Origin: Fusobacteriota bacterium
GTDB taxonomy: Bacteria > Fusobacteriota > Fusobacteriia > Fusobacteriales > JBNJFI01
Assembly (NCBI GenBank): GCA_051746725.1
Contig: JBNJFI010000001.1
Location: 1-64,000, forward strand
Direction of reading: 5' to 3'
Length of the DNA stretch: 64,000 nt
A program made the position numbers and the translations under genes. The notes below the pieces were generated by a model. It was not told the DNA's origin and searched no databases. It worked only from the letters and a program-made list of their open reading frames with translations. Positions 1 through 11,687 of the stretch are shown in pieces (the first letter of the stretch is position 1; every line of letters begins with the position of its first letter).

Positions 1-69
1 ATCATTTATTGCTTGGAAATTACTACCGTTTCCAGATGCTAAAATGGCAATATTTAACTTTTTATTCAT
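1..69 (-). CDS. purN: Phosphoribosylglycinamide formyltransferase, 5' part (runs off window)
   Basis: Manual translation MNKKLNIAILASGNGSNFQAIND contains the SGxGSN motif; GGAGG RBS upstream; next to purH. Confidence 0.9.
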   Translation of the reverse strand, partial: MNKKLNIAILASGNGSNFQAIND

Positions 70-206
70 ATTATAACCTCCATAAATTACTTTTTATTAA
101 TATAATACATAATAAAAATCTAATAATAACTTAAAGTTCAAGAAAAATTATCTTAGTTAATTTATTAATATATTTTTAATTGTATTTAGATTTAATAGCT
201 TTTAGA

Positions 207-245
207 TATAGAAAAACAGGAGATAATATCTCCCATTTTTCTATA
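207..245 (-). terminator. Hairpin / intrinsic terminator after purH
   Basis: Minus strand TATAGAAAAATGGGAGAT-ATT-ATCTCCTGTTTTTCTATA, a stem with two G-U pairs. Confidence 0.65.
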
Positions 246-258
246 CATATCTCAATTA

Positions 259-1806
259 TTAGTGTTTAAAATGTCTCATTCCTGTAAATACCATTGGTAT
301 TCCATGTTCATTGGCCGCTTGTATAACTTCTTCATCTCTAATAGATCCACCTGGTTGAATTATAGCCTTAACACCTGCCTTAGCAGCAGCGTCTACACCA
401 TCTCTAAAAGGGAAAAATGCATCTGATGCTAATACTGATCCCTTGGCCTTCTCTCCAGCTTTTTTGACTGCGATTTCCGAAGAATCAACTCTACTCATTT
501 GACCTGCTCCAACACCAACTGTTTTAGTCCCGTTTGTAAGAAGGATTGCATTGGATTTTACTTTAGCACATATTTTCCAAGCAAAATAAAGTTCATCTAA
601 CTCTTCTGAAGTAGGTTTTTTTTCAGTTACAACTTTGAAATCTTCTTTTGATACATCTTTAATATCTCTTTCTTGTACTAATAAACCTCCTACAACTTTT
701 TTGTAATCGTACTTTCCAGTAGAATCTAATCTTTTTAAATCATTAATTTTTAAAATTCTTTTATTTTTCTTAGTCTTTAATTCATCTAAAGCTTCTTCAG
801 AATAACTCGGAGCTATTACTATTTCATTAAAAAAACTATTTATTTCTTTTGCTAACTTTAAATTAACCTCTCTATTTACAGCTATTATACTTCCAAAAGC
901 AGATTTTGGATCAGAAGCCAAGGCATCCTTAAAAGCAGTGACTATATCATCTGCAGTTGCTGCTCCACACGGATTTGTATGTTTAATAATCGATACTGCT
1001 GGTTTTTCAAAATCTTTAACTATTTCTATTGCTGCATCAACATCAATAATATTATTAAAAGATAATTTTTTTCCATGTAAAACCTTTGCAGTTGCTGCAG
1101 AATCTTCAGTTGTTCCTAACTCCTTATAAAATGAAGCTTTTTGATGAGGATTTTCTCCATATCTTAAATCATTAACCTTTTCATATTTTAATTCCATAAA
1201 TTCTTCAAATTCTGATTCTTTTTCTAAATTCTCTAAATAATTAGTTATCATCGTATCATATTTGGCAGTATGAGAAAATACTTTCTTGGCTAAATCAAAC
1301 TTAGTTTCAGCTGAAATCTCTCCATTATTTTCTTTAATCTCTTTTGCAATTAAATCATAATCATTTGGACTTGTTAAAACAGCTACATCTTTATAATTTT
1401 TAGCTGCAGATCTCAACATTGTAGGTCCACCAATATCGATGTTTTCGATTGCATCTTCTAAAGTAACTCCCTCTTTTTCTATAGTTTCTTTAAACGGATA
1501 TAAGTTTACCACAACTAAATCAATATAATCTAGATTATATTTTTTCATCTGTTCTTTATGATGTTTATTTTCTCTCATTGATAAAAGTCCACCATGAATT
1601 TTAGGATGTAAAGTTTTTACTCTTCCATCTAACATTTCAGGAAACCCCGTAAAATCTGATACTTTTTGAACTTTTACTCCACCATTTTTAATTTTTTTTA
1701 AAGTTCCACCTGTAGATAATATCTCATAACCATTTTCCACCAAAACCCTTGCAAATTCAACAACACCAGTTTTGTCCGACACACTAATTAAAGCTTTCTT
1801 TGACAT
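259..1806 (-). CDS. purH: Bifunctional AICAR transformylase / IMP cyclohydrolase
   Basis: ALISVSDKTG, GRVKTLHP, IDIGGP, LRYGENPHQ, SDAFFPF and C-terminal RHFKH motifs. Confidence 0.98.
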   Translation of the reverse strand: MSKKALISVSDKTGVVEFARVLVENGYEILSTGGTLKKIKNGGVKVQKVSDFTGFPEMLDGRVKTLHPKIHGGLLSMRENKHHKEQMKKYNLDYIDLVVVNLYPFKETIEKEGVTLEDAIENIDIGGPTMLRSAAKNYKDVAVLTSPNDYDLIAKEIKENNGEISAETKFDLAKKVFSHTAKYDTMITNYLENLEKESEFEEFMELKYEKVNDLRYGENPHQKASFYKELGTTEDSAATAKVLHGKKLSFNNIIDVDAAIEIVKDFEKPAVSIIKHTNPCGAATADDIVTAFKDALASDPKSAFGSIIAVNREVNLKLAKEINSFFNEIVIAPSYSEEALDELKTKKNKRILKINDLKRLDSTGKYDYKKVVGGLLVQERDIKDVSKEDFKVVTEKKPTSEELDELYFAWKICAKVKSNAILLTNGTKTVGVGAGQMSRVDSSEIAVKKAGEKAKGSVLASDAFFPFRDGVDAAAKAGVKAIIQPGGSIRDEEVIQAANEHGIPMVFTGMRHFKH

Positions 1807-1825
1807 TCTTACCTCCTGATAATAT

Positions 1826-2728
1826 TTATTTTAACACCCTTATAGTTTTTAAAGATGTTTTTTTGACTTTTAATGAAGGATGTCTTAGAAGTTTTCTTAT
1901 CTCAACTAAAACATCTGAATCTCCTAATACTCCCAGAGATAATATAGCTTCACAAATTATATCCTCATGTTTATCTTCAAGTAATTTTAATAAAGCAGTG
2001 ATCGATCTTGTATCTTCAAAATTTCTAAGAACTTTTGCAACTTCATATCTTATTTCTTTTTTTTTATTATCTATTAGATTTGTTAAAAAACTTAAAGATC
2101 TATAATCTTTTATAGATCCAAGAGCTTTTATTACTTCAATTTTTACTATATCTGAATTTCCAGAAAGTAATTTTACTAAATCTGAAAAATATTTTTTCTC
2201 TTTACGCATTGCTATGGCCTTTACCGTATTTGCTTTTAGATAGTGGTTTGTTGAAATCCGAAGCCGTGCCTTTAATTCTATATCTGTCAGTTTTAAATAA
2301 TGTTGAAATTCCGAGCTTATATTTATTTCTAATTTTTCCTTTTCTGTCTTTATAAATTTTCTTCTTCTTTTTTTTAATCGCTTCTTTTTAACTTTTTCAA
2401 AATAATTTTTTAATTTGTCTTTATCAAATATACTAAAAAATTCTTTAAAAATAGATGTCTTATTATTAAAAATATCTGTTTTTATATTTTTAGAGTTTGG
2501 TATATTTTTTTTTGAACTCTTTAATCTTTTATCATATATAGCCCTTTTTTGAGGATTACCAATAATTTTGTATGCTTTTATAATTTCTTTAAATTTATCT
2601 GTTCCACTTGAATTTTTGTTTATATCTGGATGATATCTGTGTAAGTTTCTTTTATATGCATATTTTATTTCAGATATTGTTGCATTAGGTCTTACATCTA
2701 ATAATTCATATAAATTTTCTCCATTCAT
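1826..2728 (-). CDS. J-domain protein with C-terminal HEAT repeats
   Basis: N-terminal YELLDV...RYHPD...F.EI..AY..I J-domain; repeated 'V..ALG.I' HEAT-like units. Confidence 0.8.
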   Translation of the reverse strand: MNGENLYELLDVRPNATISEIKYAYKRNLHRYHPDINKNSSGTDKFKEIIKAYKIIGNPQKRAIYDKRLKSSKKNIPNSKNIKTDIFNNKTSIFKEFFSIFDKDKLKNYFEKVKKKRLKKRRRKFIKTEKEKLEINISSEFQHYLKLTDIELKARLRISTNHYLKANTVKAIAMRKEKKYFSDLVKLLSGNSDIVKIEVIKALGSIKDYRSLSFLTNLIDNKKKEIRYEVAKVLRNFEDTRSITALLKLLEDKHEDIICEAILSLGVLGDSDVLVEIRKLLRHPSLKVKKTSLKTIRVLK

Positions 2729-2810
2729 ACATATCCCAACCTTTTTATTTTAAATGTTTTCAAGTGTCTTTTTTATAAGTCCAATTGCCATTATAAATAT
2801 CGTATATTTA

Positions 2811-2847
2811 AAAATAATATGCAATGGATAACATTGCATATTATTTT
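2811..2847 (-). terminator. 16-bp perfect inverted repeat after folE
   Basis: aaaataatatgcaatg-gataa-cattgcatattatttt. Confidence 0.6.
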
Positions 2848-2855
2848 AGATGTTT

Positions 2856-3425
2856 CTATATAGTCGACTGTCTAATAAGAGAAAATGCTTCTTCTCTTGT
2901 AGCCAAATTTTTTCTGAAAATTCCTCTTACTGCTGATGTAATTGTTTTAGATCCAGGTTTTTTTACTCCTCGCATAATCATACATAGATGCTCAGCTTCT
3001 AAAACTACTAAAACTCCTTTTGCCGATAACTCTTTGTTTAAGACATCTGCAACAGTTGTAGTTAATCTTTCTTGTAGCTGTGGTCTCTTAGAAACTGTTT
3101 CAACAACACGAGCTAATTTACTAAGACCAGTTACCTTTCCATTTTCTCCAGGTATATACGCAACATGAGCTTTTCCAATAAAAGGAATCAAATGATGTTC
3201 ACACATTGAATATACTGGTATATCCTTAACTAAAACCATTTCATCATGATCTTCACTGAAAAAAACAGAAATATCATCTTCAGGTTTTTTGTCTAATCCT
3301 GCAAAAATTTCCTCATACATATCAGCTACTCTCCTAGGGGTACCTTTTAAACCTTCTCTATTAGGATCTTCCCCTATTCCTTCTAAAATCATCTTAACTG
3401 CTTTTTGAATTTTCTTTTTATCCAT
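2856..3425 (-). CDS. folE: GTP cyclohydrolase I
   Basis: [38 protein letters not shown] motifs; start moved to MDKKK (ATG at 3425, AAGGAG upstream). Confidence 0.97.
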   Translation of the reverse strand: MDKKKIQKAVKMILEGIGEDPNREGLKGTPRRVADMYEEIFAGLDKKPEDDISVFFSEDHDEMVLVKDIPVYSMCEHHLIPFIGKAHVAYIPGENGKVTGLSKLARVVETVSKRPQLQERLTTTVADVLNKELSAKGVLVVLEAEHLCMIMRGVKKPGSKTITSAVRGIFRKNLATREEAFSLIRQSTI

Positions 3426-5583
3426 TTTCAGAATCTCCTTTTTCTTCCTTAATTTCTTCAGTTTTTTCTTCAGAATCTTCTTCCGTATCATAAGCATTAA
3501 ATAACTGTTTCATACTATCACCAGAAATAACTTCATTTTCTAAAAGATAGTTTGCTAAACCCTCGAGTTTATCTTTTCCATCTATTATCATCTGTTTAAC
3601 ATCATCATAAGAATTATTTATTATTTTTGAAATTTCTTCATCTATTAAATTGGCTGTTTCATTACTGTAGTTTCTATCTCTAGTCATTTCTCTACCTAAA
3701 AATGGTTGACTATCCTCTTTCCCTAATTTTAATGGTCCAAAGGAAGAACTCATTCCATATTTAGTTATCATTTTTCTAGCTTGTTCTGTAGCTCTTTCAA
3801 TGTCATTTGAAGCTCCAGAAGTTACATCGCCAAAAATAATCTCTTCTGCTGCTCTTCCTCCAAGAAGAGTTTTTATCTCTTTTATTAATTCGTTTTTACT
3901 TGTTAAAAATCTATCTTCTTCTGGAAGATGCATTGTATAACCTAAGGCACCTATTCCTCTAGGTATAATTGATACCTTATGAACAGGATCCATCTCTGGT
4001 AATAACCATCTTATCAAAGCATGTCCTGATTCATGATAAGCTATTATTTTTTTCTCTTTTTCACTCATAACTCTACTTTTTCTTTCTGGACCAGCCATTA
4101 CTTTTTCAACAGCTTCTTCTATATCTTCCATCTCTATTTCAGTTTTTTCCTGTCGCGCTGCTAAAATTGCTGCCTCATTTAAGGCATTTGCTAAATCAGC
4201 CCCTGAAAAACCAGGAGTTTTTCTAGCAATAACATTTAAATCTATATCATCAGCAAATTTTTTATTCCCTTTATGTACTTTTAATATTTCTTCTCTTCCT
4301 TTTATATCTGGTTTGTCTACTACAACTTTTCTATCAAATCTACCAGGTCTTTCTATTGCAGGATCTAAAACATCTGGTCTATTTGTCGCAGCAATTACTA
4401 TAATATTGACATCGGTTCCAAACCCATCCATCTCTACTAATAATTGATTTAAAGTTTGTTCTCTTTCATCATTACCTCCGCCCATTCCAGCACCACGTTG
4501 TCTGGCTACAGCATCTATTTCATCTATAAATATTAAAGCAGGAGAATTTTTCTTAGCTTTATTAAATAAATCTCGAACCCTTGAAGCTCCTACTCCAACA
4601 AACATCTCTACAAACTCAGAACCTGATATATTAAAAAAAGGAACTTCTGCTTCTCCAGCTACTGCTTTAGCTAATAAAGTTTTTCCAGTTCCAGGGGCAC
4701 CAACTAATAAAACTCCCTTTGGAATTCTTGCTCCTAGATTTTTAAATTTTTGAGGTTCTTTTAAAAATTTAACTACCTCTTCTAATTCAGCCTTTGCTTC
4801 ATCTACACCTGCCACATCTTCAAAAGTAACATTCATAATATCGGCATCAGTTTTGTCTTTAGATTTCCCCATATTAAAAAGTTGACTTCCGCCATTTCCA
4901 CCAGGTCCCTTGTTCATTTTTTTGAGCATATATATCCAGATTCCAATTAATAAAAGCATTGGGAACCATGAAATCAAAATGCTTAATAGTATTGGCATTT
5001 CATCAGGTTTTAAGGCATTTAATTCAATATTGTTATTTTCTAAATAATTTACTAATTCTTGATCTCCGGAAATTCTATCAGAGATCATCTTTGCTTTTAT
5101 TACTTTTCCATTTTTTTCTGTATACACATATGGCGGTTTTTCTTCTACCTTAGATATCGTACCATTTTTTATTTGGTTTTTAAAATTACTATAACTTATT
5201 GTTTCCTCTTTATTCAGAGAACTATTTAATAATGATGGAGCTGATAATATAACTGTTAGTAAAAAAATTAGTAAAACGACATTTTTAAAATTTAATTTAA
5301 ATTTATTAGATCCCATTATCTTATTTATTTTTTCCTCGGGATCTTCACCATCCACACTCTTTTTTCTCTTATCTGAGTTTTTTTCTTGATCCTTACCATC
5401 TTTTTCTTTTACATTTTTCTTTTCTTTATCGTTATTTTTCTCGTTATCTCTTTTCTCGTTATTTTTTTTTTCATTATTTGAATCATCGTTATTGTTTTTT
5501 CCATCTTGATTTTTTTTGTTTTTTTCTAATTTTTCATTTGTTTCTTCATTTGTCTCTTTTTTGTTATTCTGTTTATTTTCCAA
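3418..5583 (-). CDS. ftsH: ATP-dependent zinc metalloprotease FtsH
   Basis: Two TM helices, [22 protein letters not shown]; probable TTG start at 5583 after GAGGAGG. Confidence 0.97.
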   Translation of the reverse strand: MENKQNNKKETNEETNEKLEKNKKNQDGKNNNDDSNNEKKNNEKRDNEKNNDKEKKNVKEKDGKDQEKNSDKRKKSVDGEDPEEKINKIMGSNKFKLNFKNVVLLIFLLTVILSAPSLLNSSLNKEETISYSNFKNQIKNGTISKVEEKPPYVYTEKNGKVIKAKMISDRISGDQELVNYLENNNIELNALKPDEMPILLSILISWFPMLLLIGIWIYMLKKMNKGPGGNGGSQLFNMGKSKDKTDADIMNVTFEDVAGVDEAKAELEEVVKFLKEPQKFKNLGARIPKGVLLVGAPGTGKTLLAKAVAGEAEVPFFNISGSEFVEMFVGVGASRVRDLFNKAKKNSPALIFIDEIDAVARQRGAGMGGGNDEREQTLNQLLVEMDGFGTDVNIIVIAATNRPDVLDPAIERPGRFDRKVVVDKPDIKGREEILKVHKGNKKFADDIDLNVIARKTPGFSGADLANALNEAAILAARQEKTEIEMEDIEEAVEKVMAGPERKSRVMSEKEKKIIAYHESGHALIRWLLPEMDPVHKVSIIPRGIGALGYTMHLPEEDRFLTSKNELIKEIKTLLGGRAAEEIIFGDVTSGASNDIERATEQARKMITKYGMSSSFGPLKLGKEDSQPFLGREMTRDRNYSNETANLIDEEISKIINNSYDDVKQMIIDGKDKLEGLANYLLENEVISGDSMKQLFNAYDTEEDSEEKTEEIKEEKGDSENG

Positions 5584-5584
5584 A

Positions 5585-6964
5585 TTACATTCCCTCCTCA
5601 AAACTTATCTTCATTATCTTTTTTGTTTTTTTATCAATTTTATATTCCTCTGATCCTCGAATTCCTAAAATATAAATTATATTATCTTTTTGATTCACTC
5701 TGTTAATAATAATTGGGATTTCATCTCTTTTTTGTTTTTTTATCTTTTTATTTATAAATAAATCCTTTATTTTTTTAGTTCTTCCATTCATCCCCAATGG
5801 TTTAAACTTATCACCAGCCCTTCTAGTTCTGATAATTATATCATCTGATTTTAACTTATCATAATCAAAATAAAAAGTATTTTTCTGTTTATTATTAATA
5901 TTATTAGAATTTATAGTTTCTAAATGTATTATATAATTAAAAAATTTAATTTTCTCATTTAGATTGGTCGATTTTTTAATTTTTACAATTTCTTTTTTAT
6001 TTAGATTACTCCCCTTTTTTGAATCGACAAGCTTTAATTCATCGTAACTTTTTTGAACTTGATATCCATCTCCTATATCTATTGAGACAGTTCCACCTTT
6101 TTTGATAAGATCCATAACATTTTCTATCTTTTGATTAGTTATTTCTATTTTGTTTTCCCTTTCAAGAAAATTGTTTATTATTTTTTTTTGTAAAAAAATT
6201 GGTTCTTTTCTGATTTTTTTTATCTCTAATATTTTTTGATTATTATATCTTTGAATTTTGTTTTCTAAATAATTATCGATATCGTCTATTTCTTTAATTA
6301 ATCTAGTGATTTTTTCTTTAAATTTTCGATTATAATCTTTTTCTATTTTGGGAATTAAATCTAATCTGATTTTATTTCGAGTATAATCAGTAGTTTTATT
6401 ACTTTTATCTATTTGATATTTATAATTATTATTAGACAAGTAGTTTAATATGTGTTTTTTATTAATATTTAATAATGGTCTAATATAAAAATCCCTTTTT
6501 TCCGGTATGGATTTCAATCCAGATAAAGATGTACCGCGCATAAGTCTAAACAAAAAAGTTTCAACATTATCATCAGAATTATGAGCCAATGCAACCTTAT
6601 TAGCATCTACTTCTTTTCTTATATCTTCAAAAAACGAATATCTTACTTCTCGTCCAGCTTCCTCTAATCCAATTTTATTAATTTTTGAATACTCATTTAT
6701 ATCTTCACTTTTTACATATACAGGAATACTAAATTTTTTTCCTAAATCCCTTACAAAATCTTCATCTTTTTTTGCATTCTCTCCACGTAATTGATGGTTT
6801 ATATGAGCTAGATATAATTTTATTTTTCTAATGTCTTTTATAGATCTCAAAAGATGAAAAAGAGCTACAGAATCTGGTCCACCTGATATCCCTAATATTA
6901 TCTTGTCGCCTTTTTTGATAAGATTCGATTTTTTTATTATTTGTAGTAAATTTTTATCTTTCAT
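5585..6964 (-). CDS. tilS: tRNA(Ile)-lysidine synthetase
   Basis: [28 protein letters not shown] motifs; tilS-ftsH synteny; start probably MKDKN at 6964. Confidence 0.96.
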   Translation of the reverse strand: MKDKNLLQIIKKSNLIKKGDKIILGISGGPDSVALFHLLRSIKDIRKIKLYLAHINHQLRGENAKKDEDFVRDLGKKFSIPVYVKSEDINEYSKINKIGLEEAGREVRYSFFEDIRKEVDANKVALAHNSDDNVETFLFRLMRGTSLSGLKSIPEKRDFYIRPLLNINKKHILNYLSNNNYKYQIDKSNKTTDYTRNKIRLDLIPKIEKDYNRKFKEKITRLIKEIDDIDNYLENKIQRYNNQKILEIKKIRKEPIFLQKKIINNFLERENKIEITNQKIENVMDLIKKGGTVSIDIGDGYQVQKSYDELKLVDSKKGSNLNKKEIVKIKKSTNLNEKIKFFNYIIHLETINSNNINNKQKNTFYFDYDKLKSDDIIIRTRRAGDKFKPLGMNGRTKKIKDLFINKKIKKQKRDEIPIIINRVNQKDNIIYILGIRGSEEYKIDKKTKKIMKISFEEGM

Positions 6965-7001
6965 TTCTCTTACATCCAATCTAAAAATATAATATATTAA
7001 C

Positions 7002-7029
7002 ATTATATCATATTCTACTAATTTTTCAA
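7002..7029 (-). promoter_or_regulatory. Putative sigma70 promoter for tilS-ftsH-folE
   Basis: TTGAAA-16-TATAAT with extended -10 (TGATATAAT). Confidence 0.5.
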
Positions 7030-8154
7030 TGTTTTTATTTGTACATCTGTATAATAATAATTTAAAATATACCTATAATCCTTACCTTGGTTAGCCAAGC
7101 CATTTGCGCCCCACTGAGACATTCCTACACCATGTCCTGATCCATTTCCTTCAAATAGAAAATCATTTCTTATTCTTTTAATTCGAAATATTGTACTAAA
7201 AATATTTGTATACCCCAATATTCTTCTAAATTCATTCCCAGTAATTATTTTTTCAAATCGTTTTCCCTTTATAGTAATCTCTTTTGCTCTTAAATCTTTT
7301 TTCTCAGAAATTATTATATCTTCTACATCAAAATTAAATTTATTACTTAAATTTTTTTTCGATATTCGATAACTCCAATTTGCTCTTGGGGAATTCACTC
7401 CATTTTTTTTATCATCTATTGTTCTTAAATAAGGTAATCTTTTGGAATATTTCCAAACATCTTCATTATTTGCAGTTTTTCCACCTGATGTTGAATGATA
7501 AACTGCATTAATAGGTTTTCCATTATAAGTAATTATTTCGTTAGACGTTTTATTTACTAAATATCTAATTTTAGGGTTTTCACGCTCATATCCTAAATAC
7601 ATTTGTGAATTTGTATCATCCATCAAATCAAAAGCATTATACTTAGGACTAGCTAATCCATTGTAAAGATATGTTCTAGCTGCAACACTTTGAGCTTTTA
7701 TAGCTTCTTCATGAAAATTAAATCCAATTTCCGATGGAACTACACTGTATAAATACTCTTCCGCTGTAATTATATTCACTGGCCATATATTTGAATTATA
7801 TTTAATAATTTCAAAATTACCTCGATACCTATAAAATCTATCTCCAGAATTTTTCAGACCAAACATAGTTATTATGTCTGTCTTTTTCAAAAATATCTCG
7901 TCTACTTTTTTATTATTATAATAAAGTGAACCAAATTTATAGGAAAAATCTATTATCTGACCATCCTTTAGGTCTTCTATCTTATTATCATATTGAATTT
8001 TAGCACTACCATCTATTATCTTTATTTTTAATTTTTTTCCAGAAAATCGACTTATTCCCACTTTGAATTTCGCTCCAAAATGTTCATGGACTAAATCAGC
8101 CTCTACGATTCCAACAAAAATTAAAAATATAATTATAATCTTAATTTTTTTCAT
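7018..8154 (-). CDS. SpoIID/LytB-domain protein (lytic transglycosylase-like), signal peptide
   Basis: EEYLYSVVPSEI, EAIKAQSVAARTY, GHGVGMSQWGA motifs. Confidence 0.92.
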   Translation of the reverse strand: MKKIKIIIIFLIFVGIVEADLVHEHFGAKFKVGISRFSGKKLKIKIIDGSAKIQYDNKIEDLKDGQIIDFSYKFGSLYYNNKKVDEIFLKKTDIITMFGLKNSGDRFYRYRGNFEIIKYNSNIWPVNIITAEEYLYSVVPSEIGFNFHEEAIKAQSVAARTYLYNGLASPKYNAFDLMDDTNSQMYLGYERENPKIRYLVNKTSNEIITYNGKPINAVYHSTSGGKTANNEDVWKYSKRLPYLRTIDDKKNGVNSPRANWSYRISKKNLSNKFNFDVEDIIISEKKDLRAKEITIKGKRFEKIITGNEFRRILGYTNIFSTIFRIKRIRNDFLFEGNGSGHGVGMSQWGANGLANQGKDYRYILNYYYTDVQIKTLKN

Positions 8155-9821
8155 TTTATCACCCTAAACCTTGTTTCTTTTCCATTATACAAAAATAAGA
8201 TTTCTATCTCTTCACTTTTGTTTTCCAATATATTATAATCAAATCGTTCAAATTCACTTTTTTTATATCCTTCTCTATTAGTTCTGAAATCTTCTTTTTT
8301 TATTAGTTTGTCATATTTAGATTTATCTTGATCTCGATCATACCACTTTGGAAAAAATCCAGGCTTTCTTATTAAGAGATATTCATATTTTAAAAAGTTC
8401 TTCAGTATATTTTTATTTATATTGGATTTATCTTTCAAAAAAGTATATAAAAAATAAAAGTACTTTTTCCTCTTATGTTTAACTTCAAAATACCCATTAT
8501 CAGTCCAGTATTTAGAAAATTCTTCATAGAAATCAAAATACTTATTATATTCTGCACTAACCGCATAATCTATAGTTTTTCTAAGTAATTTTGAATTATA
8601 ATATATATCTATGAGTTCTTCAATATTTTTGATTACTAGCATTTTTTCATAGGATATATATTTGTTTTCCAATATTTCATATGGTGGAAAATCAAGATAC
8701 TTATATCCGTGCTTTTTTGCTTCTCTTTCAATTTGGGTACCTTTTAAAATTTTTAAAAATCCTAACTGAAACATATCTGCATTTAAAGTATATATATATT
8801 CAAATGATCTTTTTAACAACTCATAAGTTTCGTATGGTAATCCCGCGATTAAATCTAGATGTATATGAATATTATTATAACTTTTTAATTTTTGTATTGT
8901 ATGTCTCAATTTATCTAAATCATTTTTTCTGTTAATTGCCTCTAAACTTTTTTGATTAGATGTCTGTATCCCGATTTCAAATTGAAAGTAATCCTTGGGA
9001 ATCTTTTTCAAAAAAGATAAAATTTCATTATCAAATAGATTTGCATGAATTTCAAAGTGAAATTTAGATTTTGGATTATAATTATCCAATAAAAATTTCC
9101 AAATCTCTAAATATCTTTCTTTATCTAAATTATAAGTTCTATCTATAAATTTAACTAATTCCACTCCATTTTCCATAAAAAATTTTAAATCTTTTTTGAC
9201 TTTACTATTTGAAAAAAATCTCACTTTTTTATCTATCGATGACATACAATATGAGCAATTAAAAGGACAACCTCGAGATGATTCATAATATATGATCTTG
9301 TTTTTTAACTTTTCCTTTAAGTCATATTTTGAATAAGGTAAGTCTATTGTATCTAAATTTTTTATATAGTCTGCAGTTCCATTAAATGAGATTTTATTAT
9401 TTTCATTTTTATAATAAACTCCCTTTACTTTAGATATATCATATTTTAAAAATTCCAAAAAAGTTTTTTCTCCTTCTCCTTTTATAATATAGTCTATTTC
9501 AGAATTATTTTCTAATATCTCTTTTGAATCATATGAAACTTCAGGTCCTCCCAAGATAATTTTAATTTTAGGGAGTATTTTCTTTATTTCTCTTGTTATT
9601 TGAAAAATATATTCAGAATTCCAAATATATACAGAAAACCCAAGAATATCAGGATTTTCATTAAAAATACCTTTAATTATATCTTCTCTTTTTTGATTTA
9701 TCGTCCACTCTCGGATATCTATCTTAAAATTACTATTTTTTTCCACAAAACTTTTTATATATCTTATTGCTAAGTTAGTATGGCTATACTTTGAATTTAC
9801 TCCAACTAATAACGTCTTCAC
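8151..9821 (-). CDS. B12-binding radical SAM protein (DUF4080-type C-terminus likely)
   Basis: FSVYIWN and GGPEVS cobalamin-binding domain; SRGCPFNCSYC CxxxCxxC motif; GTG start. Confidence 0.9.
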   Translation of the reverse strand: MKTLLVGVNSKYSHTNLAIRYIKSFVEKNSNFKIDIREWTINQKREDIIKGIFNENPDILGFSVYIWNSEYIFQITREIKKILPKIKIILGGPEVSYDSKEILENNSEIDYIIKGEGEKTFLEFLKYDISKVKGVYYKNENNKISFNGTADYIKNLDTIDLPYSKYDLKEKLKNKIIYYESSRGCPFNCSYCMSSIDKKVRFFSNSKVKKDLKFFMENGVELVKFIDRTYNLDKERYLEIWKFLLDNYNPKSKFHFEIHANLFDNEILSFLKKIPKDYFQFEIGIQTSNQKSLEAINRKNDLDKLRHTIQKLKSYNNIHIHLDLIAGLPYETYELLKRSFEYIYTLNADMFQLGFLKILKGTQIEREAKKHGYKYLDFPPYEILENKYISYEKMLVIKNIEELIDIYYNSKLLRKTIDYAVSAEYNKYFDFYEEFSKYWTDNGYFEVKHKRKKYFYFLYTFLKDKSNINKNILKNFLKYEYLLIRKPGFFPKWYDRDQDKSKYDKLIKKEDFRTNREGYKKSEFERFDYNILENKSEEIEILFLYNGKETRFRVIK

Positions 9822-10849
9822 TACTCCACCACTTCCGTTAAATTATTAAACTTTATTCCAAATGAAGATTTATATATTATTTCCTCTCCATTAATTGGGT
9901 TTATTCTATCTGACACGATACTATTTTTTATAAAATATTTATCATTTTTCAATTCTATTCCCGAAGTCCATAATTGATTCCCATCTCTAAATTTATCGCT
10001 ATATTTTCCTGTTCTCAGTCGAATCTCTAACCCTTTTAACATAAAATTTGAGTACTCTCTAGGAAGTTTAAATACTAATAATTCCATTCCATAACCATAG
10101 TGAATTTTACTTGTGTCTTTTAATATCTTATTTGCACTAATAGTTGTACTTAATATTCCCAAATCAAATCCTAATCCCAAATTAATTTGACCATCTACTT
10201 TTACATCATCGTATTCAGACCAATATATTTTTCCCAAAATATCTTTCCATACAAGTCCTGCATATACATAATTTGCTCGGTATAAAAAACCTAGGTCAAT
10301 TCCATAACCATAACCTCTATCAAGTTTTAAGTTTATTTCTCCACTCTGATTTATACCTTGCATAATATTTCCAAAATAACCCTTCAAAGTAAGTCCACTA
10401 TGTAACCCATCTAAAGTTTTGGTATCGCTAGTAAAAGACAATCCAAATTCTTTTAATTTAAAATCATATTTTGAATTAATTTCTTCTTTTTCACTGGAAA
10501 ATGTCTTATAATAAAATCCGCCCTGTGAACTAGTTAAAGCCAAGTAATCTATTTTTTTATTCTCTTCTACTCCTTCTTGGAATACATTTATAACATCTGA
10601 ATAATTATATCCTATTTCTAAATAATTATTTTGCATAAAATTAAGAGTAGCTGGATTAGTAGTTATTCCACTTTGACTCTTTTTTGCTATACCAGAGTAA
10701 CCTAGAGCTATATTAGATATATCATAATTTTTAAATAAATATTCACCTTTTTCTACAGGAAACTGATCTGCTAATAATATATTAGTAGCAAAAAAATTAG
10801 CAAGCATAAATATTAATAAAGTTTTAATATATTTATTAAAAAAATTCAT
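9821..10849 (-). CDS. Outer-membrane beta-barrel, PorV/PorQ/FadL-like (UPF0164-like)
   Basis: Signal peptide; ALGYSGIA...NPATL plug motif; GYGIDLGFLY strand. Confidence 0.6.
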   Translation of the reverse strand: MNFFNKYIKTLLIFMLANFFATNILLADQFPVEKGEYLFKNYDISNIALGYSGIAKKSQSGITTNPATLNFMQNNYLEIGYNYSDVINVFQEGVEENKKIDYLALTSSQGGFYYKTFSSEKEEINSKYDFKLKEFGLSFTSDTKTLDGLHSGLTLKGYFGNIMQGINQSGEINLKLDRGYGYGIDLGFLYRANYVYAGLVWKDILGKIYWSEYDDVKVDGQINLGLGFDLGILSTTISANKILKDTSKIHYGYGMELLVFKLPREYSNFMLKGLEIRLRTGKYSDKFRDGNQLWTSGIELKNDKYFIKNSIVSDRINPINGEEIIYKSSFGIKFNNLTEVVE

Positions 10850-10858
10850 CTTTTCCTC

Positions 10859-11686
10859 CTATTTTTGATATATCATCAAATTACGCTTTTTATGTTTCCT
10901 ATATTTGAATTTATCACTTATACCATTTAATGTTTCAGAATGACCTAAAACAAAAAATCCTCCTGGGTTTAATTTTTCATAAAATTTATCTACTATTTGT
11001 TTTTGAGTATCTTTCGTAAAATATATAAAGACATTTCTACAAAATATTATATCCATCTGAGGTATCTTACTAAAGCTGTCCTGTAAATTGAACCTTTTGA
11101 ATTCTATAAGGCTTTTCAATTTTTTATCTACAGCTATTATTTCCTTATCTTTATATTTTTTTATATGCTTTAAATATTTGTCTGGTACTTCTTTGATATC
11201 TTTTATATTATATTCACCTTGTTTTGCCATTCTCAATACTTTGCTATTTAGATCAGTTCCTAATATTTTTATGTTATATCTTGATAACTCGGGCATAGCT
11301 TTCAAAACCATAGCTATACTATACGCCTCTTTTCCCATTGAAGCTGCTGCACTCCAAATATTTAATTTTTTCTGTCTCTTATTTTTAATTATTTCAGGGA
11401 TTATCATTTCTTCTAATGCTTCAAACTGTTTATCATGTCTAAAAAAAGAGGTTTCATTAGTTGTTATTGCGTCAAAAAACTTTATAACTTCGGGATCATT
11501 AATCCCCTTGTTTTTTATCAATTTATAATACTCTTCATACGAATCAATTTTTAAATCTCTAAGACGCCTTCTTATTCTATTTTGAAGTATTATCAATTTT
11601 TTTTCTGGGTAATTAATCCCCGCTTTTTTGAAAATATAATCACTAAATAAATTAAACTGTTCCTTCGATAATTTGTTTCTATTCAT
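10859..11686 (-). CDS. cheR: Protein-glutamate O-methyltransferase CheR
   Basis: TTNETSFFR, IWSAAAS.G.EAYSIAM, DIIFCRNV.IYF, LGHSE. Confidence 0.93.
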   Translation of the reverse strand: MNRNKLSKEQFNLFSDYIFKKAGINYPEKKLIILQNRIRRRLRDLKIDSYEEYYKLIKNKGINDPEVIKFFDAITTNETSFFRHDKQFEALEEMIIPEIIKNKRQKKLNIWSAAASMGKEAYSIAMVLKAMPELSRYNIKILGTDLNSKVLRMAKQGEYNIKDIKEVPDKYLKHIKKYKDKEIIAVDKKLKSLIEFKRFNLQDSFSKIPQMDIIFCRNVFIYFTKDTQKQIVDKFYEKLNPGGFFVLGHSETLNGISDKFKYRKHKKRNLMIYQK

Positions 11687-11687
11687 T

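Noticed and set aside
70..258. Possible purine or ZTP riboswitch between purH and purN
   Set aside because: Extremely AT-rich; only a terminator-like hairpin is visible and no aptamer consensus
3426..3497. Extended N-terminus of the folE ORF (similar extensions for moxR, tilS, galU and the YjbH-like gene)
   Set aside because: They overlap or crowd the upstream gene; downstream starts fit the family N-termini and mostly have better SD sequences
7018..8154. SpoIID and SpoIIE-like domains as evidence of sporulation
   Set aside because: Both domains are widespread in non-sporulating bacteria and no sporulation-specific genes are seen
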